In this document: piece by piece, positions 17,673 through 26,651 of the stretch
Layout: every line of letters starts with the position of its first letter
Position numbering within the stretch: the first letter of the stretch is position 1
From: a virus
Lineage: Duplodnaviria; Heunggongvirae; Uroviricota; Caudoviricetes
DNA: 37,368 bases
Virus record (IMG/VR): IMGVR_UViG_2537561825_000012
Reading direction: 5' to 3' (one strand)
Translations under genes and position numbers: made by a program
The notes under the pieces: model-generated
The model's input: the letters and a program-made list of their open reading frames with translations, nothing else
Databases searched by the model: none
Told to the model about the DNA's origin: nothing

Positions 17673-18320
17673 CGATGATTCCTCGTTACTTGCGGAAGAC
17701 GGCACCTGGCCTGTCTCACTGAATTGCGCACCTGCTGCATCCTGCGACGGTGTGTCGCGGTACGCCTCTTCGCGCAGATTGTTGAGCTGCCATTCCGGCA
17801 GGACTTTTTCTGCTTCGTCCAGACTGAAGCGGGCGATCAGAAAATCGCGCAGCTTTCCCCACAGGGAGGCATTCGTGATGGCCTGCCAGTCGGCGAACTC
17901 CACCACACCTTCTTCCTGCTCACTGAAGGACACCTGTTTCAGCCCCTTGACGGAAGGTGGCTGTGCCCCGAGAAAGCCCACATGGCGCAGGTAGAGCACG
18001 CCGGGCTTCGGATTGGACGGTGAATCCGGGAGGTAGAAAGAGGCGGACACTTTTTTGAATCGTCCGTCGGTGACCATCTCAGCAAACTGCGGGTCCAGCT
18101 GGGCAGGCTCTGCCATCAGATCGACGCCGCTGAGCGACAGGGCTTTCACCCAGCCCCACGCCGGGTCTTCCGTTCTGGGATGACCAATCACGAGTGGTGC
18201 TTCATGGACGGACGGGTCATAGGCTTTCACGCAGGCGGCAAGATCGTCTGGCGTGAACGGCAGTTTTTTGCCGTGCATATCGGTATGAGTACCGGCTTTA
18301 AAAATGTGAATGGCTGACAT
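17205..18320 (-). CDS. Prohead protease/scaffold (Mu I-like)
   Basis: 371 aa; N-terminal protease-like region, C-terminal charged coiled-coil scaffold-like region. Confidence 0.8.
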   Translation of the reverse strand: MSAIHIFKAGTHTDMHGKKLPFTPDDLAACVKAYDPSVHEAPLVIGHPRTEDPAWGWVKALSLSGVDLMAEPAQLDPQFAEMVTDGRFKKVSASFYLPDSPSNPKPGVLYLRHVGFLGAQPPSVKGLKQVSFSEQEEGVVEFADWQAITNASLWGKLRDFLIARFSLDEAEKVLPEWQLNNLREEAYRDTPSQDAAGAQFSETGQVPSSASNEESSMTKEEIEALQEENRRLKQQAADRDARDAQVRQEQLHKDNVAFAEKLVAEGRLAPRASSVVVALLDAVAGGDKPVEFAEGESRTPLATAFRSLLSDGEPVMNFAEQATKERVGDTVKGDVAEFAEADPERLALHQKAVALSKKEGISYEAAVARCL

Positions 18321-18375
18321 TTTGCTGTCCCGCGTTATGTTGTCGGAGACAGTTTGTGAGAAATGCAGGCCCGGC

Positions 18376-18383
18376 GATTTTAA
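18376..18383 (-). promoter_or_regulatory. Candidate late promoter -10-like element upstream of the I-like gene
   Basis: Minus-sense TTAAAATC followed 24 nt later by TGTCTCC (18351-18345); the same pair with the same spacing precedes the holin gene. Confidence 0.4.
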
Positions 18384-18456
18384 TCTGCTTTAGAAAACAT
18401 CAGGGGAGAAGGACAGGGAAAGCAATACGGTGAACCGGAGGCGGTTATAAAACAGA

Positions 18457-18489
18457 GGCTGTAAAGCCTTTATAAAGGTAATACAGCCC
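18457..18489. other. 33-bp imperfect palindrome between G-like and I-like genes (terminator or protein-binding site)
   Basis: GGCTGTA..CCTTTATAAAGG..TACAGCC with perfect 12-bp inner palindrome; U-rich run follows on the minus strand. Confidence 0.4.
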
Positions 18490-18534
18490 CTCATTCGCTG
18501 GCAATGATAAATCACCCGCCTGAAGAGAGAAAAC

Positions 18535-18993
18535 TCAGCGACGGGCCGCTGATTCAAGATGGCGGACAATGGTATCGAGGATGGGGATTACCACTTCAGG
18601 CTGTAGTTCTCCATCCCCCGTCACCGGCAGGAACGGGCGGGCCGGAAGTTCAACAGACTCATTACGCCCCGTTTTACCCCCGAACTGGTGAATGGCACCG
18701 TAAACAACGTTGGTCCCCACAACAGCCTGCCGGTCGTCATGGTCGGTTGATACTGACCCCATCAGACGCCCGGTATCCTGCAGTGTCTGCCCGTCACGCT
18801 CTTCCGCTGCCAGCGAGGGCATCCACCCCGGACGCCCCTCATCAAGAAAGTTAAACTGTGTTTCCGCCAGCAGGGTTCCGGCAATTTTGCGCATCGCGGG
18901 CTCCAGGTCTGTGGCAGCAAGATCCAGCGCACGGAGGCTCCGGCGCAGGGATTTATCGTTAATGGTGATACTGACCAGGTTATCGGAAGCCAT
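18535..18993 (-). CDS. Virion morphogenesis protein (Mu G-like)
   Basis: 152 aa, between F-like and I-like genes. Confidence 0.7.
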   Translation of the reverse strand: MASDNLVSITINDKSLRRSLRALDLAATDLEPAMRKIAGTLLAETQFNFLDEGRPGWMPSLAAEERDGQTLQDTGRLMGSVSTDHDDRQAVVGTNVVYGAIHQFGGKTGRNESVELPARPFLPVTGDGELQPEVVIPILDTIVRHLESAARR

Positions 18994-18995
18994 TG

Positions 18996-19817
18996 TTATC
19001 CTCTCAGTTCCTGTTGTGCCAGTGGCTGAAGCGTACCCTGATAGCGGGCCAGGTCGGGACGGTATGCTGCCCCCGGTGCATAAGACCAGCCGACGTCGGT
19101 GATCACCTTCGTGGTGCCGGTATTAAAGGTGGCCACGTTCCGCATTTCGCCGGTTTTCTCTGAGACCAGTTTCAGTTCCTGGCCCATGGCAGAGCCGGAG
19201 CTGATAACCTTCAGGCCACGGGCACGTACATCCGCCGCACTCAGGGCAATCACACTACAGCGGCAGCGCCAGCCGTTCGGCGGGTAAAATGCCTGCCAGA
19301 ACGGGTCATCCCAGCGCAGCACCAGACCATGCAGCGCCAGATGGCTCCTGCGGGTATGGCTGTCGTTGATGCCGGTATACATCCAGTACGGCCTGTCGTC
19401 GACGTTTTCCATCTGTTCCGCCCAACGACCGGCGCTGTAGAGTACGGACATATTGGTGCGAAAGATGGTATCGAGCCGCCACGGACTGCCCTGCTGAATG
19501 GTGACTGGCTCACCCGTTACCGGGTCAGTCGTGTCACGTGGTCCCCACCATCCCTTACGCTTCAGCACCGGCTCCAGCTCCTGCCGGAACCAGCGATCGG
19601 TTTTTCCTTCATCGACAGCCTGCTGCAGTGCCCCGCGAATATCTTCCAGGATATCCAGGCGGGTCACTTTAGCAACGGTAAAGGCGCGGGCATGGGCCTC
19701 CTGCCACATTTCTTCCCAGTCCCAGGTAATCTGATACCCTTTGGACTTCAGGTAGTTGATTGCCCGCTTCGGGGGAAGCGTCATGCAGTACGCCAGTTCA
19801 GCCGTTGTCACGCTCAT
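18996..19817 (-). CDS. Head morphogenesis protein (Mu F-like)
   Basis: 273 aa, directly downstream of the portal gene. Confidence 0.75.
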   Translation of the reverse strand: MSVTTAELAYCMTLPPKRAINYLKSKGYQITWDWEEMWQEAHARAFTVAKVTRLDILEDIRGALQQAVDEGKTDRWFRQELEPVLKRKGWWGPRDTTDPVTGEPVTIQQGSPWRLDTIFRTNMSVLYSAGRWAEQMENVDDRPYWMYTGINDSHTRRSHLALHGLVLRWDDPFWQAFYPPNGWRCRCSVIALSAADVRARGLKVISSGSAMGQELKLVSEKTGEMRNVATFNTGTTKVITDVGWSYAPGAAYRPDLARYQGTLQPLAQQELRG

Positions 19818-21294
19818 GCAGACGCCCCCGGATATTTGTCACAAAGAGAATGCGGGCCAGCCGCTCCTGCAGATCGTCCGTGTTCATCTGAGGGTAGAGC
19901 TCCGCCAGTTCGCCCAGCAGCTCAGACGGGTTAACCCCATTTTCGACCCGCCTGAACAGAGGTGCCAGGACGGGTTCCAGCGTGCCATTTAACGCGCCTC
20001 CGTTCATCAGAATGTCCAGCGCGTCGTCAAGCTGCTGCTGAGCCTGAATATCAGCATCAATCGCCTCGGCAAATGACAGCGGCAGCATGTTATTCTGTCG
20101 TTCCGACGGTGGTGTCTCGTCAATATCGCCGTCCTGCAGTTGGTACTCACGCTTGAAGTACTGCGGGGTCAGACGCAGACCCGCCCGGGTGAGTTTTTCG
20201 TCGCGGGTGGCACGGGTGTCATCAATGGCCTCCTGTTCCCACATGGCCCAGACCGGACACGGCACATCGCCGAAGTTCAGGGTGACCACCGTTCTGATGA
20301 CCTGATTCACTGCCGCCTGAATGATGTCCGCATCCGCATCGCGGATATCAGCCGTTACCTCCAGCCCGGCCTGTGCAGAGGCCTTGTTACTGTTCGCTTC
20401 CGTGGTCTGATTCTGACCGAGTAATGCAATGGAGATCTCACTGCGTGACAGTGTGATCAGCTCGCGGAATACCTCGCTGCTGTCCGCCTTACCATCCGCG
20501 GCTTTGAGTTCGATGCTGCTGTCATCGGGGATGGCGGCCACCGCGTCCTCCACCATCTGCTCCATGGAGTCCAGCAGTTTTTCAATCTCTGCATCATTTG
20601 CACCCCTCGGGTGCTTACCGATCACCCACGGGGAGCCAAACTTTTCGGCAAAGCGGAGCCAGAATTTCATCCCGCCTTTCTTGAAGGCGACCGGCCAGAA
20701 GCACATGGACAGGTCCGGGAAACCGTAAGGATTGTCATACGAGGCATCCTGTGCCGGCACCACGAATTTTGACGGTGACAGCAGCTCACCCTCCACACCC
20801 GCATCACGCGCCCGGAAGCGCAGGCAGTTGTCCGTATCAAACTGAAACCACTCAGGCGGTTTGCCGACAATATCCGTCACCGCCCACGACCTGACCGAAC
20901 GGCCCCACATGATTTCACAGGGCTGATACCCGTAGAGCACGGCATCGCTCATTTCACCGATGATGCGGGACAGATCCAGATCGTCGAGCATGTCGCGGAT
21001 GAAACGGAAGACCCGGGCAGAGGCGTGACCACGCTCCAGTCCACGCTCCAGCGATTTAAGCGCTGCTTTACGTCTGCGGATACAGCCCCCGACCAGCGGG
21101 TCGGTGCGCAGTTCGCGGTAGATACGGATATCCCGTCCCTGAGCCTTGAGAATGGGATCAGGATTGGGCAGATACATGCCCAGTCCGTAAAAGTCGATCG
21201 CGCGGCTGCGGGAGGCAATCTGCGCGGTCAGTGATTTCTGAGGCTCAGAAAAAGCAACAAATTCATCGGGTGAAACCCAGATACCCCTCGCCAT
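19798..21294 (-). CDS. Portal protein (Mu gp29/H-like)
   Basis: 498 aa, follows terminase large subunit. Confidence 0.85.
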   Translation of the reverse strand: MARGIWVSPDEFVAFSEPQKSLTAQIASRSRAIDFYGLGMYLPNPDPILKAQGRDIRIYRELRTDPLVGGCIRRRKAALKSLERGLERGHASARVFRFIRDMLDDLDLSRIIGEMSDAVLYGYQPCEIMWGRSVRSWAVTDIVGKPPEWFQFDTDNCLRFRARDAGVEGELLSPSKFVVPAQDASYDNPYGFPDLSMCFWPVAFKKGGMKFWLRFAEKFGSPWVIGKHPRGANDAEIEKLLDSMEQMVEDAVAAIPDDSSIELKAADGKADSSEVFRELITLSRSEISIALLGQNQTTEANSNKASAQAGLEVTADIRDADADIIQAAVNQVIRTVVTLNFGDVPCPVWAMWEQEAIDDTRATRDEKLTRAGLRLTPQYFKREYQLQDGDIDETPPSERQNNMLPLSFAEAIDADIQAQQQLDDALDILMNGGALNGTLEPVLAPLFRRVENGVNPSELLGELAELYPQMNTDDLQERLARILFVTNIRGRLHERDNG

Positions 21295-22889
21295 CAGAAT
21301 CCCTCCAGCATACGGGCCGCCTGACGACGACGGCGTGAGCTTGCCTTCACCGGCCCTTTGTTAATTTCACGGCTGGCGAAATACGCCAGCGCCAGTGCGA
21401 TGGCTGAATCCCCGTGGCGTTTACCACCGTCAGCCTTTGCTTTTGAGCGTTGCTCCGGTACGCGGGGGACACCGTTCACCACCTGAACGGCCCGCAGGTC
21501 ATCCAGTGTGTCTTCATCCTTTGGTAAGTCCACCAGGTTGCCGTCTTCCAGTGCAGCTTTGACCGGAGGCATATGCTCCCGGTACCAGCCTTCGGTTGGC
21601 ATCACCTGCTGAACCCGGCCGGAGCCGTAGCGCTGCATGGCGTATTCAGCCAGATAGGCACCATTACCACGGGCATCAAACGCTGCACCCAGCAGACCGG
21701 GCAGGCCATCCATCAGATACCAGGTGATTTGCTCCTGCTGTCTGAACGGCACGTTACGCAGCTCCAGTACGAATGGCACGCGTCGTACCAGGTTCTTCTC
21801 CTGCAGCAGGGGATAGTCCACCGACAAATCACCGCTACGGCCAAAGTCGCGCCCCAGGAAAGAGCGGGCATCAGTGGGGAGTGCCTCCAGCAATGGTTTC
21901 AGATACTCATCAAGCCAGTCCTGCGTCTCGCGGAAGCGAACCTCATCAGACAGCAGTTCATAACCTTCCTTGCAGGTCAGACGCAATACCGGCGTATCAG
22001 CGGACATGCGGGACTCTATCAGGGCACGGGACAGCCAGGCACCGCCACCGTTGGCCGGAATACAGTCAAGCTCTTCGGATGCGCCGGCACCGTAGAATTT
22101 GTACACCGATGCCATCCAGGCCTGCTCGGATGCCTCCGACCATTCCTTCCCGGTGCGCAGACAGACGCGCCGGAACAGCCCCTCAGATACGGCTTCCCGG
22201 AAAGTGATGCGATGTATGCTGCCTCCCTGACGTCCGGCACGGATATCCCCGATAAGCGTATTGAACGGATTGTCGTCACCGTCATGGGTGGAGATAACGC
22301 GTACCTTTCCCCCCCAGATAAGCATCGCCAGCGCCGCTTTCAGCAGTTCGTCCAGTTGCTCATGGAACGCCGCTTCGTCGATAACAATAATACCCTGACG
22401 GCCACGCAGGTTAGACGGGCGGCTGGAGAGCGCAACAATACGAAAGCCGGAGTCAGGAAATTTGATGGTGTAAGTCCTGATGTGTTTGTCGTCGTCGTCC
22501 TCTTCCCAGAATCCTTCTTCAATTTCACTGGCCGCATAGTTGAATGCCCGTGCCCACATCGCACACGCCTGAATGTATTCGACGGTCATGTCCTGGTTAT
22601 AAGCGATGTAATACACATTCATCCCGCCTGCTGGCGCAGAAGAGGCGGCGGTCAGTACGTTATCGGATGCCTCAGCCCATGTAATACCGGTACGACGGCT
22701 CTTTTCTATCACCTTAAGCGGAGAGGTGTCTGCCACCCAGCGCTGCTGGTAAGGCAACAGAACGGGAGGGGCATCCAGCGCCGAGGTATCAGGCAAAACG
22801 GGAGCAAGGTTATTCCTCCCGTCCATGGGACTCATCCCTTCGGGGCCGCCGCCAGCGGCGTTTAAAATCACTCCGGATGATTTTGTCAT
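21294..22889 (-). CDS. Terminase large subunit (Mu gp28-like)
   Basis: 531 aa, between small-subunit-like and portal genes. Confidence 0.85.
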   Translation of the reverse strand: MTKSSGVILNAAGGGPEGMSPMDGRNNLAPVLPDTSALDAPPVLLPYQQRWVADTSPLKVIEKSRRTGITWAEASDNVLTAASSAPAGGMNVYYIAYNQDMTVEYIQACAMWARAFNYAASEIEEGFWEEDDDDKHIRTYTIKFPDSGFRIVALSSRPSNLRGRQGIIVIDEAAFHEQLDELLKAALAMLIWGGKVRVISTHDGDDNPFNTLIGDIRAGRQGGSIHRITFREAVSEGLFRRVCLRTGKEWSEASEQAWMASVYKFYGAGASEELDCIPANGGGAWLSRALIESRMSADTPVLRLTCKEGYELLSDEVRFRETQDWLDEYLKPLLEALPTDARSFLGRDFGRSGDLSVDYPLLQEKNLVRRVPFVLELRNVPFRQQEQITWYLMDGLPGLLGAAFDARGNGAYLAEYAMQRYGSGRVQQVMPTEGWYREHMPPVKAALEDGNLVDLPKDEDTLDDLRAVQVVNGVPRVPEQRSKAKADGGKRHGDSAIALALAYFASREINKGPVKASSRRRRQAARMLEGF

Positions 22890-23431
22890 GTGGCAATCCC
22901 CAGAATCTCGCGACGAAGCGCCTGTACTGCGTCGCTTGACAGTCCCCCCTTACGGGCAATTTTCTCGGCGTTGCTGGCTGCCTGCTGCGCTCTGGCCCGT
23001 ACTTCAGACTGGAACTTTTTGAGGTTGACGGACGCGCGGGACAGCGTAGCCACATTCTTCGCCACCTTCGACAGCAGGGCCACGCGTTCTTTAGGATCGA
23101 CTTCGCCTTCTTCCGCCTCCTGCAACTGGACAATACTCTCGAACAGCTCGGTCTGAATAAGGGCTATCACAGCCTCCGAACGCGCATCCTGATCGTCTGC
23201 TGCGCCTTCGGTCAGCATGCGGGCCGCTTCTGTTGCCGCACGGATAGCACCATAGCGGCGCTCAATCTTCTGTCCATAGCGATGGATAGCGGATTTGCTG
23301 ATGACGTACCCCCGCTCACGCAACAGTGACTCCAGCTCGTTATACCCGCTGAAGCCGGATTCAGTCAGCGCCCGTTCAAGCCAGCGGCGCACGTCTTCCG
23401 GCAGCTTTTCTATTGTGCTGCGTCTGGCCAT
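22886..23431 (-). CDS. Terminase small subunit-like protein (Mu gp27-like)
   Basis: 181 aa, helical charged protein directly upstream of the large terminase, overlapping stop/start. Confidence 0.65.
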   Translation of the reverse strand: MARRSTIEKLPEDVRRWLERALTESGFSGYNELESLLRERGYVISKSAIHRYGQKIERRYGAIRAATEAARMLTEGAADDQDARSEAVIALIQTELFESIVQLQEAEEGEVDPKERVALLSKVAKNVATLSRASVNLKKFQSEVRARAQQAASNAEKIARKGGLSSDAVQALRREILGIAT

Positions 23432-23742
23432 TATTCACTCCAGTACTTTTCCGGGCGGGCAATACCCGGACCACATTCCACGGTGTATTCCACCAGGTCT
23501 ACGCCGAGGCGGGTCAGGTCAGCAAACCAGTCGCCAGAAGGTTTTTTCTCCAGCTCAACCATTTTACGGTCAGCCAGATAATCCAGTTCGCGGCGCAGTT
23601 CCAGCGGTGTGGTGTCCGGGTAGATGGCACGGGACACATCCAGCAGCAGCGTCTCGCTGGCGGTGTAAGGGCGGGTCTTGTTCAGGGCAACCAGCAGACT
23701 CCAGCGCAGGGATTCGCGGCGTACCCGGGTAATATCGACCAT
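23431..23742 (-). CDS. Mu gp26-like protein
   Basis: 103 aa ORF between the lysis cassette and terminase genes. Confidence 0.5.
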   Translation of the reverse strand: MVDITRVRRESLRWSLLVALNKTRPYTASETLLLDVSRAIYPDTTPLELRRELDYLADRKMVELEKKPSGDWFADLTRLGVDLVEYTVECGPGIARPEKYWSE

Positions 23743-24068
23743 TATTGACCTCCGGTATTGCGGTACTGCTGTACCACTTCCAGTTTGTTATAAAGCGCGT
23801 CCAGTTTGGCCTCAATGACTGTCTGGCCACGGATATAATCCTCTCGACGGACATAATTCAGCGGTAAATCCGCTTTAAATCGCATAAATTCTTTTTCCAG
23901 CTCGCCCCAGTTGGAGGCGGATTGTTGCAGGGCCTGTTCAAGGGAGGCGAATCGTGCCGCCTGGCGTTCTTCTGTTTTACTGAACAACCATTTGGCGAGC
24001 CCTCCCACAAACCCCATGAAGGTGAGCAGAAAACTCACCACCGTCCAGAATTCAACCTGCAGTGTCAT
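23742..24068 (-). CDS. Mu gp25-like membrane protein (single N-terminal TM plus coiled coil; lysis accessory)
   Basis: 108 aa; hydrophobic FWTVVSFLLTFMGFVGGLAKWLF segment then charged helical region. Confidence 0.5.
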   Translation of the reverse strand: MTLQVEFWTVVSFLLTFMGFVGGLAKWLFSKTEERQAARFASLEQALQQSASNWGELEKEFMRFKADLPLNYVRREDYIRGQTVIEAKLDALYNKLEVVQQYRNTGGQ

Positions 24069-24715
24069 TTCTGTAATCCTTCCCGTTCATCCAGCAGCGC
24101 GTTTATCTGGTTCCGCCAGCGACGACATTGCCATGCGTTGTCGATGATGTTGGCGAGAACGTCACGCTGGGAGACACCCGAATCGCGTAACCGGGTGTCA
24201 GTGGTTTCAGGTTGCCCGGTCGCTGTGCCAGAGCGGGTGCCAGTGGCGGCAACTGAGTCTGAATGACCGGTGTCGACGGATGCGTTGTCATATCCGAGTG
24301 CGGCGTTGTACTGGCGCACGAAACCGCGAGTAAACACGCACTCAATGGGATGACTCTTACCTTTTTCATCAATCCAGCGCTGTGTGACATCGTTAATTTG
24401 CCCCTGTAGTTGTTTGTTCCGGCTCTCCAGTTGAGCAATCTGCTCAAGATAACCGGCTTCAGCCCGCTGCCCGGCGGCCACCTGCTCCTGATACCGTCTG
24501 GCCCAGGCCCGCAGCGCAGCATTCTCAAGCGTTGCCTGCTCCGTTTTGTACGCGTCAAATGCTGACTGCAACTGACTTAGCGCGGTATCACCGTCACGCT
24601 TTGCAGAGTCATGACCACTTCTGTATCCCATGGCATACAGGCCGACCAGAAAGGCATTGATAAGAATGGCCAGCAGAATGCCGCGCCACGGCAGCTTTTT
24701 AACCAGATGCCACAC
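24065..24715 (-). CDS. i-spanin (Rz-like)
   Basis: GTG start at 24715 with GGGGAGG 8 nt upstream inside the endolysin 3' end; N-terminal TM (LPWRGILLAILINAFLVGLYAMGY) then coiled coil. The ORF-track start at 24817 is rejected. Confidence 0.55.
   Translation of the reverse strand: MWHLVKKLPWRGILLAILINAFLVGLYAMGYRSGHDSAKRDGDTALSQLQSAFDAYKTEQATLENAALRAWARRYQEQVAAGQRAEAGYLEQIAQLESRNKQLQGQINDVTQRWIDEKGKSHPIECVFTRGFVRQYNAALGYDNASVDTGHSDSVAATGTRSGTATGQPETTDTRLRDSGVSQRDVLANIIDNAWQCRRWRNQINALLDEREGLQK
24103..24369 (-). CDS. o-spanin (Rz1-like lipoprotein) embedded out of frame in the i-spanin gene
   Basis: ATG at 24369; MKKVRVIPLSAC lipobox-like sequence, Pro-rich mature part; entirely nested. Confidence 0.5.
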   Translation of the reverse strand: MKKVRVIPLSACLLAVSCASTTPHSDMTTHPSTPVIQTQLPPLAPALAQRPGNLKPLTPGYAIRVSPSVTFSPTSSTTHGNVVAGGTR

Positions 24716-25439
24716 AACTGCTGCCTCCCCATGTGAGATATCGCGGTGCCAGTTCGCGCAGGATGCGCTGCGGATAATGGCGGTTCTCCCGCCAGCTGGC
24801 CGCATTGCGTCCGGCATTCACCGTGGCGACATGTCCGAACCAGCGGGTGCTGTCCAGACCTTTCTGTGATGCAAGCCGCCTGTCCCGTTGTACCCAGCCC
24901 AGACCACCGTTATAGCCCGACAGTGTCATGGCCATACGCTCGCAGTCACTGGCGGCGCTGACACGCTGCCACAGCCAGCGGTCATAGCTGACCAGCGCCC
25001 GGATAGCCCATGCCGGATTAAACGGCTCACGACTGCTCAGCATCGGTATCAACTGGCTTATCCAGTCGGCAGTGGCAGGCATGAACTGCGCCAGTCCCTG
25101 AGCGCCAGCCGGCGAGATCGCATCAGGTCGCCAGCCGCTTTCCTGATGCAGTTGCGCGGCGAAATCGGCCACCGGCGCAGACAGTCCCCATTCAAGCCGG
25201 GCATTACGGATCACATCATCGCGATACTGCAGCGCAGCCTGCGGAGGTTGTGCTGCGCATGCCTGGCTGAAAAAGCCGCCACACCAGAGCAACATTGCGA
25301 CAAAGAATACCCATGCCATATGAACCAGAAAGGTCCCGGCGCGGACTGACAGGCGTTCGGTTCTGATGAAGACCCGAAAGGCTTCGAAAGCCAGTTTCAG
25401 GGACATGCATACAATCCAGGTGATCTGCGGCCAGTTCAT
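24699..25439 (-). CDS. Endolysin, lytic transglycosylase (SLT domain) with N-terminal signal/SAR-like segment
   Basis: SLT motif QLHQESGWRPDAISPAGAQGLAQFMPAT; ATG at 25439 lies 4 nt after the holin stop (alternative ATG at 25319). Confidence 0.8.
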   Translation of the reverse strand: MNWPQITWIVCMSLKLAFEAFRVFIRTERLSVRAGTFLVHMAWVFFVAMLLWCGGFFSQACAAQPPQAALQYRDDVIRNARLEWGLSAPVADFAAQLHQESGWRPDAISPAGAQGLAQFMPATADWISQLIPMLSSREPFNPAWAIRALVSYDRWLWQRVSAASDCERMAMTLSGYNGGLGWVQRDRRLASQKGLDSTRWFGHVATVNAGRNAASWRENRHYPQRILRELAPRYLTWGGSSCVASG

Positions 25440-25441
25440 GA

Positions 25442-25792
25442 TTAAAGCCCCATCGCAACAGCCAGGCAGACCGCTGCAACAATCAGTGCACGGCGGATTA
25501 ACGCAGCAGAAAACACCAGGTGAAGGCCGGTCTGTACCGGGAAACGCCCTTCAGCCATCAGCCTGTCGTCATGTTTCAGGTACTGACCGGGACGGGCTTT
25601 GGGGAAGAGCGAACGGTCAAGCCAGTAACCCAGCACTGCTGCCAGCGTGATGAGTGCCAGCTTGTAGATCACAACAGGCAGCTGCTGTGGTGAGACCAGA
25701 GCGATGGTGCCCAGCAACAGCACTGAGGTCAGCAGCCAGCCGCTGAGGCGAGGTTTTTTAACAGGGGGAATGAATTTTTTCAGTTTTTTCAT
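25442..25792 (-). CDS. Putative holin (three predicted TM segments)
   Basis: ATG at 25792 with AAGGAG 7 nt upstream; three hydrophobic segments; first gene of the lysis cluster. Confidence 0.55.
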   Translation of the reverse strand: MKKLKKFIPPVKKPRLSGWLLTSVLLLGTIALVSPQQLPVVIYKLALITLAAVLGYWLDRSLFPKARPGQYLKHDDRLMAEGRFPVQTGLHLVFSAALIRRALIVAAVCLAVAMGL

Positions 25793-25795
25793 GTG

Positions 25796-25818
25796 TGTCT
25801 CCTTATCTGGTGGAGACA
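25796..25818 (-). promoter_or_regulatory. Stem-loop sequestering the holin ribosome-binding site
   Basis: UGUCUCC / GGAGACA arms (7 bp) with 9-nt loop; the 3' arm contains the Shine-Dalgarno sequence. Confidence 0.4.
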
Positions 25819-25842
25819 GCATCACAAATACAGGGCGCGAAG

Positions 25843-25850
25843 GATTTTAA
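25843..25850 (-). promoter_or_regulatory. Candidate late promoter -10-like element upstream of the holin gene
   Basis: Minus-sense TTAAAATC followed 24 nt later by TGTCTCC (25818-25812), matching the element upstream of the I-like gene. Confidence 0.4.
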
Positions 25851-25922
25851 AGCGCGTTAAGAGAGCCGGGGATACGGGATGTGCAGGATAAACGATGAAT
25901 TATTCACAGAGGAGAATACGAT

Positions 25923-26651
25923 ATGACGCAGACACTGAATCCGGTCATCACTGTCACCGTGTCCGGTCCTGTGGGCAGCGGTAAAAGTTACGTACTGGCG
26001 CGAATAGAGGAAGTGGTGAAACAGGAATTCGGAAACAGCGTCATTGTCGACGCCGCAGACGTGGACGGTGAGCGCCGTATGAGTGGGGATGATCTGAGCA
26101 CATGGCAGAAACCACGGGCTGGCACAGTGATCAGGCTGGAGGAATACACGGGACAGGGCCTGTTGTCATACGGCGAGGAGCGTATCTGTCGGACGAATGA
26201 GCTGCTGGATGTTATATGCCCCACGGGCCGGCAACCCTGGATACTGCCCGATGCACTGCATGCCACCATTGCGGCACTGATGACAGTTTACGATCAGGAG
26301 CTGCTCATGAAGGAGTTACGTAAACTCACTGGTCAGTCAACAGAATGTTGTTCGTCCCCGAAGTACGGCAAACAGGAACACATCCCGATTAACCAGCCTC
26401 CCCGGTTCTTCGACGAATACCTTCTGACACCGGAAAATAAAGCTGAGCATGAAGAGATCAAAGCGGCGTTGTTCCGGGAAATCAGGAAGATTGCTGAAAT
26501 GCAACTGGAGGGCGGGCTGGACAGAGTGATGGCGAGAGGAGAATGGGCATCGCTGTTTGAAAGAGTTTCCCCGGAATTACTTCCCCTCGCACTGGCTATC
26601 GGGATTATGCAGACAGCGGATAAACCTCACTTACGTTCATTAAACACGTAA
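25923..26651 (+). CDS. P-loop NTPase, kinase-like (zeta-toxin / polynucleotide-kinase-like motif arrangement)
   Basis: Walker A GPVGSGKS at residues 15-22 followed about 14 aa later by GNSVIVDAAD; GGAG RBS 8 nt upstream. Confidence 0.6.
   Translation: MTQTLNPVITVTVSGPVGSGKSYVLARIEEVVKQEFGNSVIVDAADVDGERRMSGDDLSTWQKPRAGTVIRLEEYTGQGLLSYGEERICRTNELLDVICPTGRQPWILPDALHATIAALMTVYDQELLMKELRKLTGQSTECCSSPKYGKQEHIPINQPPRFFDEYLLTPENKAEHEEIKAALFREIRKIAEMQLEGGLDRVMARGEWASLFERVSPELLPLALAIGIMQTADKPHLRSLNT

Noticed and set aside
21573-22865. 430-aa plus-strand ORF, and similar long antisense ORFs at 13933-14805, 16444-17178, 32651-33403 and 35111-36112
   Set aside because: Each lies antisense to, and wholly inside, a well-supported gene; GC-rich coding DNA generates such shadow ORFs, and none has its own RBS context.
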